Assembly (NCBI RefSeq): GCF_000328665.1
Contig: NC_019977.1
Location: 2,038,011 to 2,102,010, forward strand
Reading direction: 5' to 3'
DNA from: Methanomethylovorans hollandica DSM 15978
Lineage (GTDB): Archaea; Halobacteriota; Methanosarcinia; Methanosarcinales; Methanosarcinaceae
Length of the DNA: 64,000 bases
The notes under the pieces: generated by a model
The model's input: the letters and a program-made list of their open reading frames with translations, nothing else
The model's database searches: none
What the model was told of the DNA's origin: nothing
Shown: positions 11,546 through 22,164 of the stretch, in pieces
Layout of the letters: each line of letters starts with the position of its first letter
How positions within the stretch are numbered: the stretch's first letter is position 1
Program-made: the position numbers and the translations under genes

Positions 11546-12679
11546 TTATTCCACATTAAGTATGCTTGCCAGTTCAAGTCCTTCACTGCCAAGTTCCGCC
11601 AGCTTGTTAAAGAGCTCTTCTTTTGTTACGTACTTTTCTGTCCTTGTGCCATCAGTACGTTCAATCTTTATGGTTATCTCGTTCTTAACGAATCCTCTGT
11701 CAATGCATTCGCGAACAACATCACCATACCTTTCCATAATGATCTTGAAACAATCAAAGACTTCATTGTTATGGACTGCATCCCTGCCATCAAGCATGAC
11801 TTTTTGAAGTTTCTGAGACATAATAGACATTTCTAAAAACTTTATAACATCAGTGCCTAGTGGTCCTATCCGGTCCATATCAATAGATTGGGATAGAGTT
11901 TTATCTGTAGTTATATCGCTGCTCCCTTGAAGGATCTGAATATCCTCGGAGTTAAAAATTATTTTGAACTGCTGGTCCTGCTTTTTGTTCTCAAAGGCCA
12001 GGTCAAGATGGGAAATACCATCAAAATCGATATTCGTGATCATGAACTCACTTACATAGACCATCTTTACTTTGTTTTCCTTATGTATTATCCCACTTTT
12101 TGCCCAGACAGGGAGCTGGATATTCCCATGAACTTCACGCATAAATAATGGCCCATTGCGATATAGAAGATCACTTTCGTATTCCACACCTGATATAAAA
12201 GCTTTGAGCTCTCCCCGCATAATGCCATTGTCAAGACGAACCGAATACTTCCGAGTAGCACCGTATATACCGTCCTCAAAAAGAGAATTGAGCATGGGAA
12301 GCATTTTTTGTTCCAGTTCGCTGATATGCACCTCATGTTCCCGCTTTTTTTGCTCGAGCTCTTTTTTGAGATTATGAAGACCAATACTGGCACTTTCATC
12401 ACATGCATCGATGATGGCATTATGACAATCGAGGATCTCCACACTTTCTGCATTAAGAGAAATAGAGCTTACATATGTTTTTACATCTGTTGCAAATTTT
12501 TCCAGATCGACTATCCTGCTTTCCAGAGAGGAAATAGCCTTCAATTCAATTTCATTTGCATCGATAGCATCATTTTCCAAGGAGAGGACTTTCCCTGCTA
12601 TTTCAATAAGATCATTTATATCCTGAATAAAATCACGCTGTACGGGCAGGTCTGTGGAATCCTGATAGGTATACCTCAT
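11546..12679 (-). CDS. Conserved hypothetical protein with N-terminal coiled coil
   Basis: 377-aa ORF with GGAGG RBS; helical, charged N-terminal half. Confidence 0.8.
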   Translation of the reverse strand: MRYTYQDSTDLPVQRDFIQDINDLIEIAGKVLSLENDAIDANEIELKAISSLESRIVDLEKFATDVKTYVSSISLNAESVEILDCHNAIIDACDESASIGLHNLKKELEQKKREHEVHISELEQKMLPMLNSLFEDGIYGATRKYSVRLDNGIMRGELKAFISGVEYESDLLYRNGPLFMREVHGNIQLPVWAKSGIIHKENKVKMVYVSEFMITNIDFDGISHLDLAFENKKQDQQFKIIFNSEDIQILQGSSDITTDKTLSQSIDMDRIGPLGTDVIKFLEMSIMSQKLQKVMLDGRDAVHNNEVFDCFKIIMERYGDVVRECIDRGFVKNEITIKIERTDGTRTEKYVTKEELFNKLAELGSEGLELASILNVE

Positions 12680-12755
12680 TTGATCCTCCGCCTGAATAAA
12701 TATTCAGACTATTTCTTGTATGTAACCACTTAAATATGTTGCGACTTTAAAAAGT

Positions 12756-13715
12756 TCAATTACCTTTCAGAACCTTTCTGACAGGCTCAAGTATCATGCT
12801 CATGTACTTTGCAGCACCTTTCTTGAGATCCATAGGATGCAGTTGTCCATCAGAAAAAACCTTAGTAAGCTCTTCGTAGCTTCTGCATACGAGGTTTCCA
12901 CCGTATTTCTCCGGCCTTTCAAATATAATTTCCTGATATCTGGGACAGATGTGATACCTGAACAATTCCAGCATAGGATTCTCATTCACCTGACCGGCCG
13001 GACAAAAAGCTTTTCTCATCTTCTGATCAATTTCTTCTTCTGAATCATCCACAGAAATGAAATTCTCACTTGAAGAGGACATCTTTTTTCCGTCCAGACC
13101 CAGAAGTATGGGAGTATGTATGCAAAGAGGTGATCTGAAACCCAAAGCTGGCAGACCTTCCCTGGCAAGCATATGTATCTTGCGCTGGTCTATACCACCC
13201 ACAGCTACATCCACACCAAGAAGAGCGATATCTATTGCCTGCATCATTGGATAGACCATCTGGGAAACCTTGGGATCTTCCATCTTTCTGCCAACCTCGT
13301 CCATACTTCTTCTTGCCCTGTTAAGAGATGCAGTAGTTGTAAGCTTGAGTACATTGAGCATGTAATCGGATGTTAGCTGGAAATCAGAACCATACACGAA
13401 TTTAGTCTTGTCCGGATCAAGCCCAAGTGCAATGAAACAATCCCTGTTATAATCAGCAGTTTTACGTACCTCTTCGAGAGTGCCTTTCTGATTAAGGTAT
13501 GCATGTACATCGGCAAGCAGGACTATTATCTGAAAACCGGCATTTTGCAGATCAAGGAGTTTATTGACAGTAAGCACATGGCCTAAATGGATCTTGCCAC
13601 TTGGCTCATAACCCACATACGCAACAGGTTTATCCTTCTTTTTTAGAAGTTCTTCCAGTTCTACCTCTGTAACAATTTCCTGTACGTTCCTCTTTATAAG
13701 CTCCAGTTTGTCCAT
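12756..13715 (-). CDS. tyrS: Tyrosine--tRNA ligase
   Basis: GYEPSGKIHLGH (HIGH), YPMMQ, GGIDQ, KMSSS. Confidence 0.97.
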   Translation of the reverse strand: MDKLELIKRNVQEIVTEVELEELLKKKDKPVAYVGYEPSGKIHLGHVLTVNKLLDLQNAGFQIIVLLADVHAYLNQKGTLEEVRKTADYNRDCFIALGLDPDKTKFVYGSDFQLTSDYMLNVLKLTTTASLNRARRSMDEVGRKMEDPKVSQMVYPMMQAIDIALLGVDVAVGGIDQRKIHMLAREGLPALGFRSPLCIHTPILLGLDGKKMSSSSENFISVDDSEEEIDQKMRKAFCPAGQVNENPMLELFRYHICPRYQEIIFERPEKYGGNLVCRSYEELTKVFSDGQLHPMDLKKGAAKYMSMILEPVRKVLKGN

Positions 13716-13769
13716 GTGTTCACCATTCGTAAATAATGGTTCATATAAAACCCCTTTCTGTTTATATGG

Positions 13770-14501
13770 TTAACTGTCGTCAATCAACGAATTAATGAGC
13801 GATCTGCCTTCTGGAGAAGTAAAGAGAGGTACATCCCAGTTCTGAACAACTCTTGAACGGATGCTGCTTGTATTTACCTGCATCAAAGGATCATATCCTT
13901 CAATAGAGTATTGCTCTTTATGGACAAGTATTCCTTTCCTCTGCCATGCAGGCACTTTAGAGATGTTGATACCATGCCTGAAAAGTAATTCATGGACATC
14001 TGATGACCTTTTCTTTTTAAGGGCAGCAGCTGCTTCCTTCTCACTGGACCCTTTTGAGACAAGAGTGTAAAAAGCATATGAGTTGATACAATTCCTCCAT
14101 GCTTCCTTCTGCCTCCATTCCAAATATTCAACTATCTGCTCTCTGCACACAGGAACAATTCGGGAATCAAAGGCAAGTGGCTCCTGTACATTTAGACCTA
14201 AAGTAAGTGCACTACTTAAAAAACTGGGAACAATCGAATTCAGTTTTTCCACCCTCCCGTCAAATGGCGTGTCCTTGAACAGGAGGTTGATCTCATCAGA
14301 GAAAGTATATCCAAAAACAGGTGACAGACCACTTTTCTTTAATAGTGCCTCTACGATGTTACCCATAGAAACTGCAAACCTGCTATCAAAGGGCTTTTTT
14401 AAACCCATACGTAACAGTGAGGCTTTGAATGTTCTGCCATCTACACGAATAATAAAAGGAGGTGCACAGCGCAGATCACTGTAGATCTCTCGCTTCTTCA
14501 T
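13770..14501 (-). CDS. thg1: tRNA(His) guanylyltransferase Thg1-like protein
   Basis: IRVDGRTF, YTFSDE, FDSR, YLEWRQ, PAWQRKG motifs. Confidence 0.93.
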   Translation of the reverse strand: MKKREIYSDLRCAPPFIIRVDGRTFKASLLRMGLKKPFDSRFAVSMGNIVEALLKKSGLSPVFGYTFSDEINLLFKDTPFDGRVEKLNSIVPSFLSSALTLGLNVQEPLAFDSRIVPVCREQIVEYLEWRQKEAWRNCINSYAFYTLVSKGSSEKEAAAALKKKRSSDVHELLFRHGINISKVPAWQRKGILVHKEQYSIEGYDPLMQVNTSSIRSRVVQNWDVPLFTSPEGRSLINSLIDDS

Positions 14502-14508
14502 GTGCTTT

Positions 14509-14781
14509 TTACTCTTCTTCTTGTTCTTTTTCTTTCTTATTCTTAAACTTGCTAACGATACTTCTAATTATAACAATGTCCCCTGTGGTCACTACCCATC
14601 TGTAGGGAATAATGGCACCTCTTGTAGGTACATCAAATATATCCCTGTTGATGTCAGTTATGGCTATCCCTTTAACATTCCTTTCTTCCACGTTCAATAC
14701 AAGGTCAGCCACTTTTCCAATGTATGTGCCAGCATCTGTGTAGACATTAAGCCCGAAAAGTGATGTTAGATCCGTACGCAT
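14509..14781 (-). CDS. PRC-barrel protein, CdpB1-like cell division factor
   Basis: LNVYT..G.YIGKV.D and IIPYRWV...GDIVII PRC-barrel pattern. Confidence 0.8.
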   Translation of the reverse strand: MRTDLTSLFGLNVYTDAGTYIGKVADLVLNVEERNVKGIAITDINRDIFDVPTRGAIIPYRWVVTTGDIVIIRSIVSKFKNKKEKEQEEE

Positions 14782-14836
14782 GCTATCTCTCCTTTATTTA
14801 AGAGTACTTATATATGAATATTCGTATGTAAAAGCG

Positions 14837-15793
14837 CTATACTAGAAATGCTTTTTCATATAACCCCATATCTAGCTTTCCTATACCGTGCCGAACGGAC
14901 TTTTCCGATTTTGAAAGCGCTACTATCTGTTCTTCTGAGAGTTGTATTTCAATGACCTTTTCAATGCCATTCTTTCCCAGCTTTGCAGGTACTCCCAGAC
15001 ATAGGTCACTGAACCCATACTCCCCTTCGAGATATACAGATACAGGCACCACTCTTCCTGAGTCGTTTATGATCGCGTCCACCATGGATACGATTGCCGC
15101 CGAGGGAGCGTAGAAAGCACTTCCTTCTTTTAGAAGGCTGACTATCTCAGCTCCCGCGTCTATGGTCCTTGCGACAAGCCTGTCAATAGTGTCCTTTGGC
15201 AGGAATTCGGATATGGGTATACCTGAAACTGTCGTATACTGTGGGAGAGGGACCATGCTATCTCCATGCCCGCCCAGGACCATAGCATCTACATCCTTTA
15301 CAGAACAGCCTACCTCCATGGCTACAAAAGAGGCAAACCTGCTTGAATCCAATAGTCCGCTCATACCAAATACCCTCTTTTTCCCAAATCCTGTACATTT
15401 GTATACAGCATAAGTGATAATGTCAAGTGGATTGGTAACCGTGATAACTATGCTCTTTGGTGCATACTCCCTGATATTGCCGCATACTTCTCTTGTGATC
15501 TTGGCATTGATGTTCAGCAGATCGTCTCTTGTCATACCAGGCTTGCGTGCTATACCTGCAGTTATGATCACGATATCGGAACCCTCTATGTCTGCATAGT
15601 CATTGGTTCCCTTTATGTTCACATCATATCCCATCAAAGGCGCAGCCTGCATAAGATCAAGTGCTTTCCCCTGAGGAAGTCCAGGTACCACGTCCAGCAT
15701 AACAATATCACCTAATTTGCTCTCTGCCAGCCTCTGCACAGTGGATGCACCCACATTGCCTGCACCTATTACTGAAAGTTTTTTCATGTCCAT
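14837..15793 (-). CDS. mdh: Malate dehydrogenase (LDH-like)
   Basis: VIGAGNVG, AGIARKPGMTRDDL, LDSSR, GGHGD. Confidence 0.95.
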   Translation of the reverse strand: MDMKKLSVIGAGNVGASTVQRLAESKLGDIVMLDVVPGLPQGKALDLMQAAPLMGYDVNIKGTNDYADIEGSDIVIITAGIARKPGMTRDDLLNINAKITREVCGNIREYAPKSIVITVTNPLDIITYAVYKCTGFGKKRVFGMSGLLDSSRFASFVAMEVGCSVKDVDAMVLGGHGDSMVPLPQYTTVSGIPISEFLPKDTIDRLVARTIDAGAEIVSLLKEGSAFYAPSAAIVSMVDAIINDSGRVVPVSVYLEGEYGFSDLCLGVPAKLGKNGIEKVIEIQLSEEQIVALSKSEKSVRHGIGKLDMGLYEKAFLV

Positions 15794-15950
15794 TCCTCTT
15801 ATAAGGTGTTTTTTGACATTAATACACTAATATAAAAGCTATTCATATAATATAGTGGTTGTGATTCATCGTTAAGTATATCCTCATTATATACGCATAA
15901 CGTCACGGTTATTAATCAATAGCCTATACTAAAGAACAGAGGCCGGTTGA

Positions 15951-16721
15951 ATGCTAGAAAGCACTTATATCCACATGCCGACTATAGGCGCCACGATCGA
16001 GAAACGCATATGGAGCAGTGGTGTGAGAACATGGGAAGAATTCCTCTGTGAAAGGGACAGTGTGTACATTCCTGACAAGAAGAAAAGTCTCATTTGTGCA
16101 GGCATAGTTGATTCTCTGGACCGGCTTAAGGCAAAAGATCATGAATTCTTTGCCTGTTCCCTGCCTTCTTCAGAACATTGGAGGGCTTACAAGCATTTTT
16201 TGGATGATGTGGCATGTGTGGATATCGAAACCACGGGTCTTGCCCCCTGCCGCGACAATATTACCGTAGTGGGCATCTATAATGGAAAAGAAGCGAAAAC
16301 ATACGTCAAAGGTATTGACCTTGAAGATATCGTTGACGAATTGCCAAAATACAAAACACTTATTACTTTTAACGGTGCCCGCTTCGATCTGCCTTTTATC
16401 AAAAGAGAATTCCCTGAGATCGAATTTGACCAGTTGCACATCGATCTGATGTACCCTCTGCGCCGTATCGGTTTTTCGGGCGGATTGAAAAAGATAGAAC
16501 AAATTCTTGGCATCTCCAGAAGTGAGGGAACTACAGGACTTTCCGGTTTTGACGCAGTGCGCCTCTGGCGGGAGTACGAACGCGGAAACAACAGATCCCT
16601 TGACCTTTTGCTCGAATACAACCGTGAGGATATAGTTAACCTTAAAACTATAATCGATATGGTATATGACCGGTTAGTGGAGAACAAGTTTGGGCAAGCT
16701 GGGACCTCTTGTGAAAAGTAA
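15951..16721 (+). CDS. RNase H-like (YprB/RNase_H_2) exonuclease
   Basis: DIETTG, FNGARFD, GGLK.IE, YNRED DEDD-type motifs. Confidence 0.85.
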   Translation: MLESTYIHMPTIGATIEKRIWSSGVRTWEEFLCERDSVYIPDKKKSLICAGIVDSLDRLKAKDHEFFACSLPSSEHWRAYKHFLDDVACVDIETTGLAPCRDNITVVGIYNGKEAKTYVKGIDLEDIVDELPKYKTLITFNGARFDLPFIKREFPEIEFDQLHIDLMYPLRRIGFSGGLKKIEQILGISRSEGTTGLSGFDAVRLWREYERGNNRSLDLLLEYNREDIVNLKTIIDMVYDRLVENKFGQAGTSCEK

Positions 16722-17033
16722 GTCCTGTGGACTTTAATCAGAAACTCATAGGACCCATTTCCAAAACTGAGCTTTTGGCCTAATTCAACAGATCTGCATA
16801 GTGATATGATTTTAACTTAAATATCCGAACCTATAGTCCAGGTGCTGATAATTTATAATATAATTACAATGTTATAAGAAGTGCATACGCTAAAAAATGA
16901 GGAATCAGAGAATAAAGCTGAGGAAATATTATATTGTACTGTAGAGATTCTAAACGCCAGATGTGGAAGGAAATATATCTATGATGATATATGGAAGTTT
17001 CAAAGGGGCTTGTGAAGTAAAAAGGGAGATTCA

Positions 17034-18467
17034 ATGAATTCAGCCGTTGTGCTTAGTGTACTGGGAACTCTCCTGCGCTTTCAGGGAATTATAATGATAA
17101 TTCCCCTGTTAGTAGCAGTATATTACAATGAATCCACAATGCCTTTCATTGTTGGCATTGTCCTGACCGAGATAGCAGGGACATTTCTCTGGTTACGCTA
17201 TAAGTCTGATGCTGAATGGAAACACAGAGAAGCTTTTGCTACCGTAGCTTTCGGATGGTTGACAGTTACGATCTTTGGCACCATACCTTTTATTATAAGT
17301 GGCATATCCCCTATTAATGCTTTATTTGAATCCATGGCTGGATTCACAGCTACTGGCGCAACTATCCTTGATAATATCGAAAGTCATTCGAAAAGCATTC
17401 TATTCTGGCGCAGCATGATCCAATGGATAGGAGGCATGGGTATAATTGTGCTGTTCATTGCCATCCTTCCTAAATTAAACATTGGAAGTAGACACCTATT
17501 CCGTGCAGAAGTTCCCGGATTGAAAGAAGAAAAGATAAAGCCCAGGATAAGAGAAACAGCGAAGATCCTCTGGATGGTCTATTTATTGATATCATCTTTG
17601 CAGATCGCAATGTTATACTTGGCTGGCATGTCAATATACGATGCTATCGTTCATACGTTCACTACTATAGGCAGCGCAGGTTTCTCTCCTTATGGAGAAA
17701 GTATTGTCGCTTTTAACAGTCCTTTGATAGAGGCGATAATCACACTATTCATGTTCATAGCAGGAGTTAATTTTGTACTCTTGTACAGAACATTCTACAT
17801 AGACCACACAAGTATTTTCAGGGATGAAGAATTCAAGTTCTACACTGCTATAATTTTAACAGCCACCGCTGTGCTTATCCTTACATTAAGATATGGCATA
17901 GCTGCTGATCCATTCACATGCTTACGCTATGCTTTATTCCAGGTCGTATCTATTATCACCACCACTGGTTTTGCGAGTGTGGATTTCAATCTGTGGCCTG
18001 ATTCTTCCAGGATCGTCCTGGTGTTTATGATGTTCATAGGAGGATGTGCCGGATCCACCTCTGGTGGCCCAACAGTTGTAAGAGTGCTCTTACTTTTGAA
18101 ATATGCAAACGGTGAATTATTCAAGTTTATTCATCCCAGAGCAGTAAAACCGATCAAATTCAATGGAAAAGTTGTCCCAGCTGAAATAATACACCAGGTA
18201 ATATCATTTATGGTCATCTATTTCCTTATATTCGTTACCAGTACTTTCCTTATTTCCTTAATGAATGTTGATATAGTCACTGCTTTTACAGCATCTATTG
18301 CGACTCTGGGCAACGTTGGTCCTGGCTTGAATCTTGTTGGACCGATGTCAAGCTACAACTGTATGCCATCCATAGCTAAACTGATAATGATAATGAATAT
18401 GTGGATAGGAAGACTTGAAGTATTCACAGTTATGGTATTGTTCACACCAGAATTCTGGAAAAAATAA
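17034..18467 (+). CDS. trkH: Trk potassium uptake membrane protein
   Basis: FES.AGFTATG, QWIGGMG, TTTGF, GGCAGSTSGG, LGNVGPG, GRLE. Confidence 0.93.
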   Translation: MNSAVVLSVLGTLLRFQGIIMIIPLLVAVYYNESTMPFIVGIVLTEIAGTFLWLRYKSDAEWKHREAFATVAFGWLTVTIFGTIPFIISGISPINALFESMAGFTATGATILDNIESHSKSILFWRSMIQWIGGMGIIVLFIAILPKLNIGSRHLFRAEVPGLKEEKIKPRIRETAKILWMVYLLISSLQIAMLYLAGMSIYDAIVHTFTTIGSAGFSPYGESIVAFNSPLIEAIITLFMFIAGVNFVLLYRTFYIDHTSIFRDEEFKFYTAIILTATAVLILTLRYGIAADPFTCLRYALFQVVSIITTTGFASVDFNLWPDSSRIVLVFMMFIGGCAGSTSGGPTVVRVLLLLKYANGELFKFIHPRAVKPIKFNGKVVPAEIIHQVISFMVIYFLIFVTSTFLISLMNVDIVTAFTASIATLGNVGPGLNLVGPMSSYNCMPSIAKLIMIMNMWIGRLEVFTVMVLFTPEFWKK

Positions 18468-18652
18468 AAGACTCACACTAATAGGTCATTGATTAATGTC
18501 ATCCACAGCTTTACATATAATTTGGAGTTGCGATCAGCATGGATCTCACAAGAGTGAATTCATGCAGCTTCAGGCAGAAGATCATTTTACGGATCACAAC
18601 GAGCATATATATATTTCCAGTTTACGCATAATTATATTTGGAGAATTGTTCC

Positions 18653-20476
18653 ATGGCCATTGATCTATCTTCACTTCCGGATTTTTCGGGAGTGTACCTC
18701 ATGAAGGATGATTCGGGAGAAGTGATATACGTGGGTAAGGCGCTTTCCCTGAGAAAAAGGGTACGCCAGTACTTCCAGTCCTCAAAGAACCTCACGCCAA
18801 AGACTAAAACTCTTGTTAGACACATAGAAGATCTGGAGTATATAATCACAGATACGGAAGTAGATGCTCTTGTTCTTGAAGCTAACCTTATCAAAAAATA
18901 TAGGCCACGATACAATGTACGCTTGAAGGATGATAAGAGATACCCTTATGTCAAGGTCACAGTGAATTCCAGATATCCCAGGATCTTCCTTACACGCCGC
19001 AGACTCATGGACGGTGCTCTGTATTTCGGACCATATACCAATGCAGGTGCTGTCAGAAAAACATTGGATATCATTTCTCAGGTGTTCAGAATACGCAGGT
19101 GTAGGCAACCTCTTAATCAAAAGAAGGAAAGACCCTGTCTGGACTACCATATTAAAAGGTGCTTTGCACCCTGTGCTGGCAAGATAAGTGAAAAGGAATA
19201 CATGGAAAATGTCCAGGAAGCTATAAAATTCCTCAAAGGAGAGACCTCTGAACTAGTGAAAGAGCTGGAAGAAAGGATGTATGACCTTGCATCAAAGCAG
19301 GAGTATGAAGCTGCTGCCCAGCTCAGAGATCAGCTGGAAGCTATAAAGGTGCTCTCACAACAACAGATAGCCACCTCCGGAACAGATGATAGGGACGTTA
19401 TAGCAGCTGTTCAGAGCGGTGACACTGCTTCCATTCAGATATTCTATGTAAGACATGGCAATATGGTAGGAAGAGCTGACCTTGCTATGAGCTCTGCTGA
19501 AGGCACCACACTTCCTGAAACCATCTCACAATTCATAAAACAGTATTATCTGGATTCACCCATCCCTACGGAAATATTGGTACAGTACGACATACCTGAC
19601 CATGACCTTATCACCTCATGGCTCAAACAGAGATCCGGAAGAGAAGTTCACATAAATGTACCACAGAGAGGGGATAAGAAGAAGATGCTTGAAATGGCTT
19701 TAAAGAATGCAGAAATGACCATGCGGATGAACCGGTTGAAGGTTACTGCAGCAAGCGAGTCACTGGGATCGCTCAAAGAACTGCAATCAGTACTTTCACT
19801 GCCCTCAGTGCCTCTATACATAGAAGGATTTGATATATCAAATATCTCAGGGACAGATGCAGTAGGCTCAATGGTAGTATTCGAGAATGGAAAGCCATCG
19901 AATAGCAAATACAGGCAACATAATATCAGAACTGTAAAGGGTATTGATGATTTCGCAATGATGGAAGAAGTAGTGGGAAGGCGCTATTCTCGCCTTAAAG
20001 ACGAAAAAATGCCTTTCCCTGATCTTATCCTTATAGACGGAGGACCAGGACAGTTATCTGCAGCAAAAGCTTCACTTGATGAGTTGGGGATCGATATCCC
20101 TGTGATTGGCCTTGCCAAAAGGTTCGAGCACATAATCACTACTGAAAAAGGTCCTGGTGAAGTGATAATTCTGCCCCATAGCTCCCAGGCTTTGAAACTC
20201 CTTATGCATGTAAGAGATGAGGCACACAGATTTGCAGTGTCCTCTCACAGACGCAGAAGATCAGCAAGGCTTACGCATTCCATACTTGACGGTATAAACG
20301 GCATAGGAGAAGCAAAGAAAAGAGCGCTTATCAGTCATTTTAGTTCTGTGGAAAAGATTGGGCAGGCCACAATGGAAGAACTATGCAAGATTGAGGGTAT
20401 AAACAAAAAACTGGCGCAGCGTATACTGGAAAAATTCCAGGAACATGGACCCTGGAATCAGAATGATAAAATGTGA
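18653..20476 (+). CDS. uvrC: Excinuclease ABC subunit C
   Basis: GVY..YVGKA GIY-YIG domain, FDISN, DLILIDGG.GQ, RDEAHRFA, HhH tail. Confidence 0.97.
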   Translation: MAIDLSSLPDFSGVYLMKDDSGEVIYVGKALSLRKRVRQYFQSSKNLTPKTKTLVRHIEDLEYIITDTEVDALVLEANLIKKYRPRYNVRLKDDKRYPYVKVTVNSRYPRIFLTRRRLMDGALYFGPYTNAGAVRKTLDIISQVFRIRRCRQPLNQKKERPCLDYHIKRCFAPCAGKISEKEYMENVQEAIKFLKGETSELVKELEERMYDLASKQEYEAAAQLRDQLEAIKVLSQQQIATSGTDDRDVIAAVQSGDTASIQIFYVRHGNMVGRADLAMSSAEGTTLPETISQFIKQYYLDSPIPTEILVQYDIPDHDLITSWLKQRSGREVHINVPQRGDKKKMLEMALKNAEMTMRMNRLKVTAASESLGSLKELQSVLSLPSVPLYIEGFDISNISGTDAVGSMVVFENGKPSNSKYRQHNIRTVKGIDDFAMMEEVVGRRYSRLKDEKMPFPDLILIDGGPGQLSAAKASLDELGIDIPVIGLAKRFEHIITTEKGPGEVIILPHSSQALKLLMHVRDEAHRFAVSSHRRRRSARLTHSILDGINGIGEAKKRALISHFSSVEKIGQATMEELCKIEGINKKLAQRILEKFQEHGPWNQNDKM

Positions 20477-20598
20477 AACCTATAAGGCTATATATATACA
20501 AATCAATAATAATAGTGTATTTACATAGAATGTAATATTGAACAGTAGACATTGATTATGTATTAAAATATATATTAAAGATACTGAGGGATGTAAAA

Positions 20599-21330
20599 AT
20601 GGGGAAAGAACTTAATTTTTTTGGACATATTAAAACACCAGACATCAGGATGCTGCATGATATGGATGAGGTTCTTTATGATACTGAGTGGGCCAGGACC
20701 GCAGAGAACACAGAACTTTATTATATGTACAGGGATCTCTACAGAAACGAAGTAGAACATGAATCTATTAAGGCCCAGCAACTTAGATACGATATCACTG
20801 CCATTCCACCCCAAATGCTTGGAAGGGAATATGTTAAAACAGCAGGCCATTATCACCCTAATGTGCCTGGGGCTTCAGTATCCTATCCAGAGCTCTATCA
20901 AGTCCTTGAAGGTGAAGGTAATTACCTGTTGCAGAGAATGGAAAAAGAATCTATTGAGGACGTAGTGCTCGTCGAAGCAAAAGCTGGAGATATAATAATG
21001 GTTCCACCAGGATATGGCCATATTACCATAAATTCTTCAGATGAAGTCCTTAAGATGGCAAACTGGGTGTCCAGAGAGTTCGCGTCCATGTACGAACCCA
21101 TCAAGGAGCATTCAGGAGCCGCATATTATCTTCTTGAGAAAGGATATATACCCAACCCGAAGTATACTAAAACACCACCTATCCGCTACCTTAAACCTGC
21201 TGATGCTTCAATGCTGGGGCTTGCAAAGGGAGAGGATATGTACAATCTTGTCAGTGACCTCAGCAAACTGGATTTCCTTAAAAATCCTCATTTATACAGT
21301 GCAATGTTCTCAAAGGTGCTTGAAAAATGA
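20599..21330 (+). CDS. pgi: Cupin-type glucose-6-phosphate isomerase
   Basis: LYYMYRD, KTAGHYH, YPELY, VPPGYGH.TIN. Confidence 0.88.
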   Translation: MGKELNFFGHIKTPDIRMLHDMDEVLYDTEWARTAENTELYYMYRDLYRNEVEHESIKAQQLRYDITAIPPQMLGREYVKTAGHYHPNVPGASVSYPELYQVLEGEGNYLLQRMEKESIEDVVLVEAKAGDIIMVPPGYGHITINSSDEVLKMANWVSREFASMYEPIKEHSGAAYYLLEKGYIPNPKYTKTPPIRYLKPADASMLGLAKGEDMYNLVSDLSKLDFLKNPHLYSAMFSKVLEK

Positions 21331-21404
21331 ATGTGAAACTTCTCATATCTGCATCGATAGTGTATAATAGAATAAAGACAAATAGATTCTCTTGAGGTCT
21401 GTCG

Positions 21405-22160
21405 GTGCAGAAAAACTACTGTATCCAGTTCACATCAGCAAAGATAGAAGATCTGATGTTCAGAACAACTTTTGATCCGGTAACACGGGAAGGTAAAGTA
21501 ATAGTCAATCTGTCCATTACCAATAAGAAAGATCTGGAAGATGTGATGGGGATATTTGAAATGGCCATCAATAGTGGCCTTTCAGTAAGTCCTTATATAA
21601 GAGTACTTCATGAAGGAGATAACATTGAGGGAATCACTGTGGGGCCAGATCAAGTTGGTTTTCTAACAGTGTGCAGCATTACCATAGATGGAGTCCTGCT
21701 CAAGAAAGGAGTGCTTGTAAATCCACGATTTGGCGGATTGGTGGAGATCAAGAATGGAATACCACTTAGGTTCACTAATGTGCTCACATACCATAGTACT
21801 ACGATCGATCCTCTGGAAGTGCTCATGTCCCAGGAGGTCACATCGGTAACTGAAATGCTAAAAACAGGTTCCGGGAAAATACTGGCGAACCTCAGAGAAG
21901 CCCCCTTGGCTGCAAGGGATGATATCGACCGCATCCTTTCAGATATGATGGATGCCGGTATCACAGGTATCCTGGAAGTGGGAGAGCCAAATACACGCAT
22001 TCTGGATGTGCCGGTAGAAAGGGATCATCTGGGAATTGTTGTGATTGGAGGCACTAATCCCATGGCCATTGTCCAGGAACACGGTATAGGTATAAAATTA
22101 AATGCAATGTCAAATGTTGTTGATATAAAGGAACTGCGACATATCAATGATTACACCTGA
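21405..22160 (+). CDS. nrpRII: Nitrogen regulator NrpRII (NrpR domains, no HTH)
   Basis: [36 protein letters not shown]; lacks an N-terminal wHTH; GTG start. Confidence 0.85.
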   Translation: MQKNYCIQFTSAKIEDLMFRTTFDPVTREGKVIVNLSITNKKDLEDVMGIFEMAINSGLSVSPYIRVLHEGDNIEGITVGPDQVGFLTVCSITIDGVLLKKGVLVNPRFGGLVEIKNGIPLRFTNVLTYHSTTIDPLEVLMSQEVTSVTEMLKTGSGKILANLREAPLAARDDIDRILSDMMDAGITGILEVGEPNTRILDVPVERDHLGIVVIGGTNPMAIVQEHGIGIKLNAMSNVVDIKELRHINDYT

Positions 22161-22164
22161 CAAG

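Noticed and set aside
16745..16860. Possible IS/MITE end (GGACCCATTTCCAAAAC)
   Set aside because: No partner inverted repeat or target duplication was found in the window
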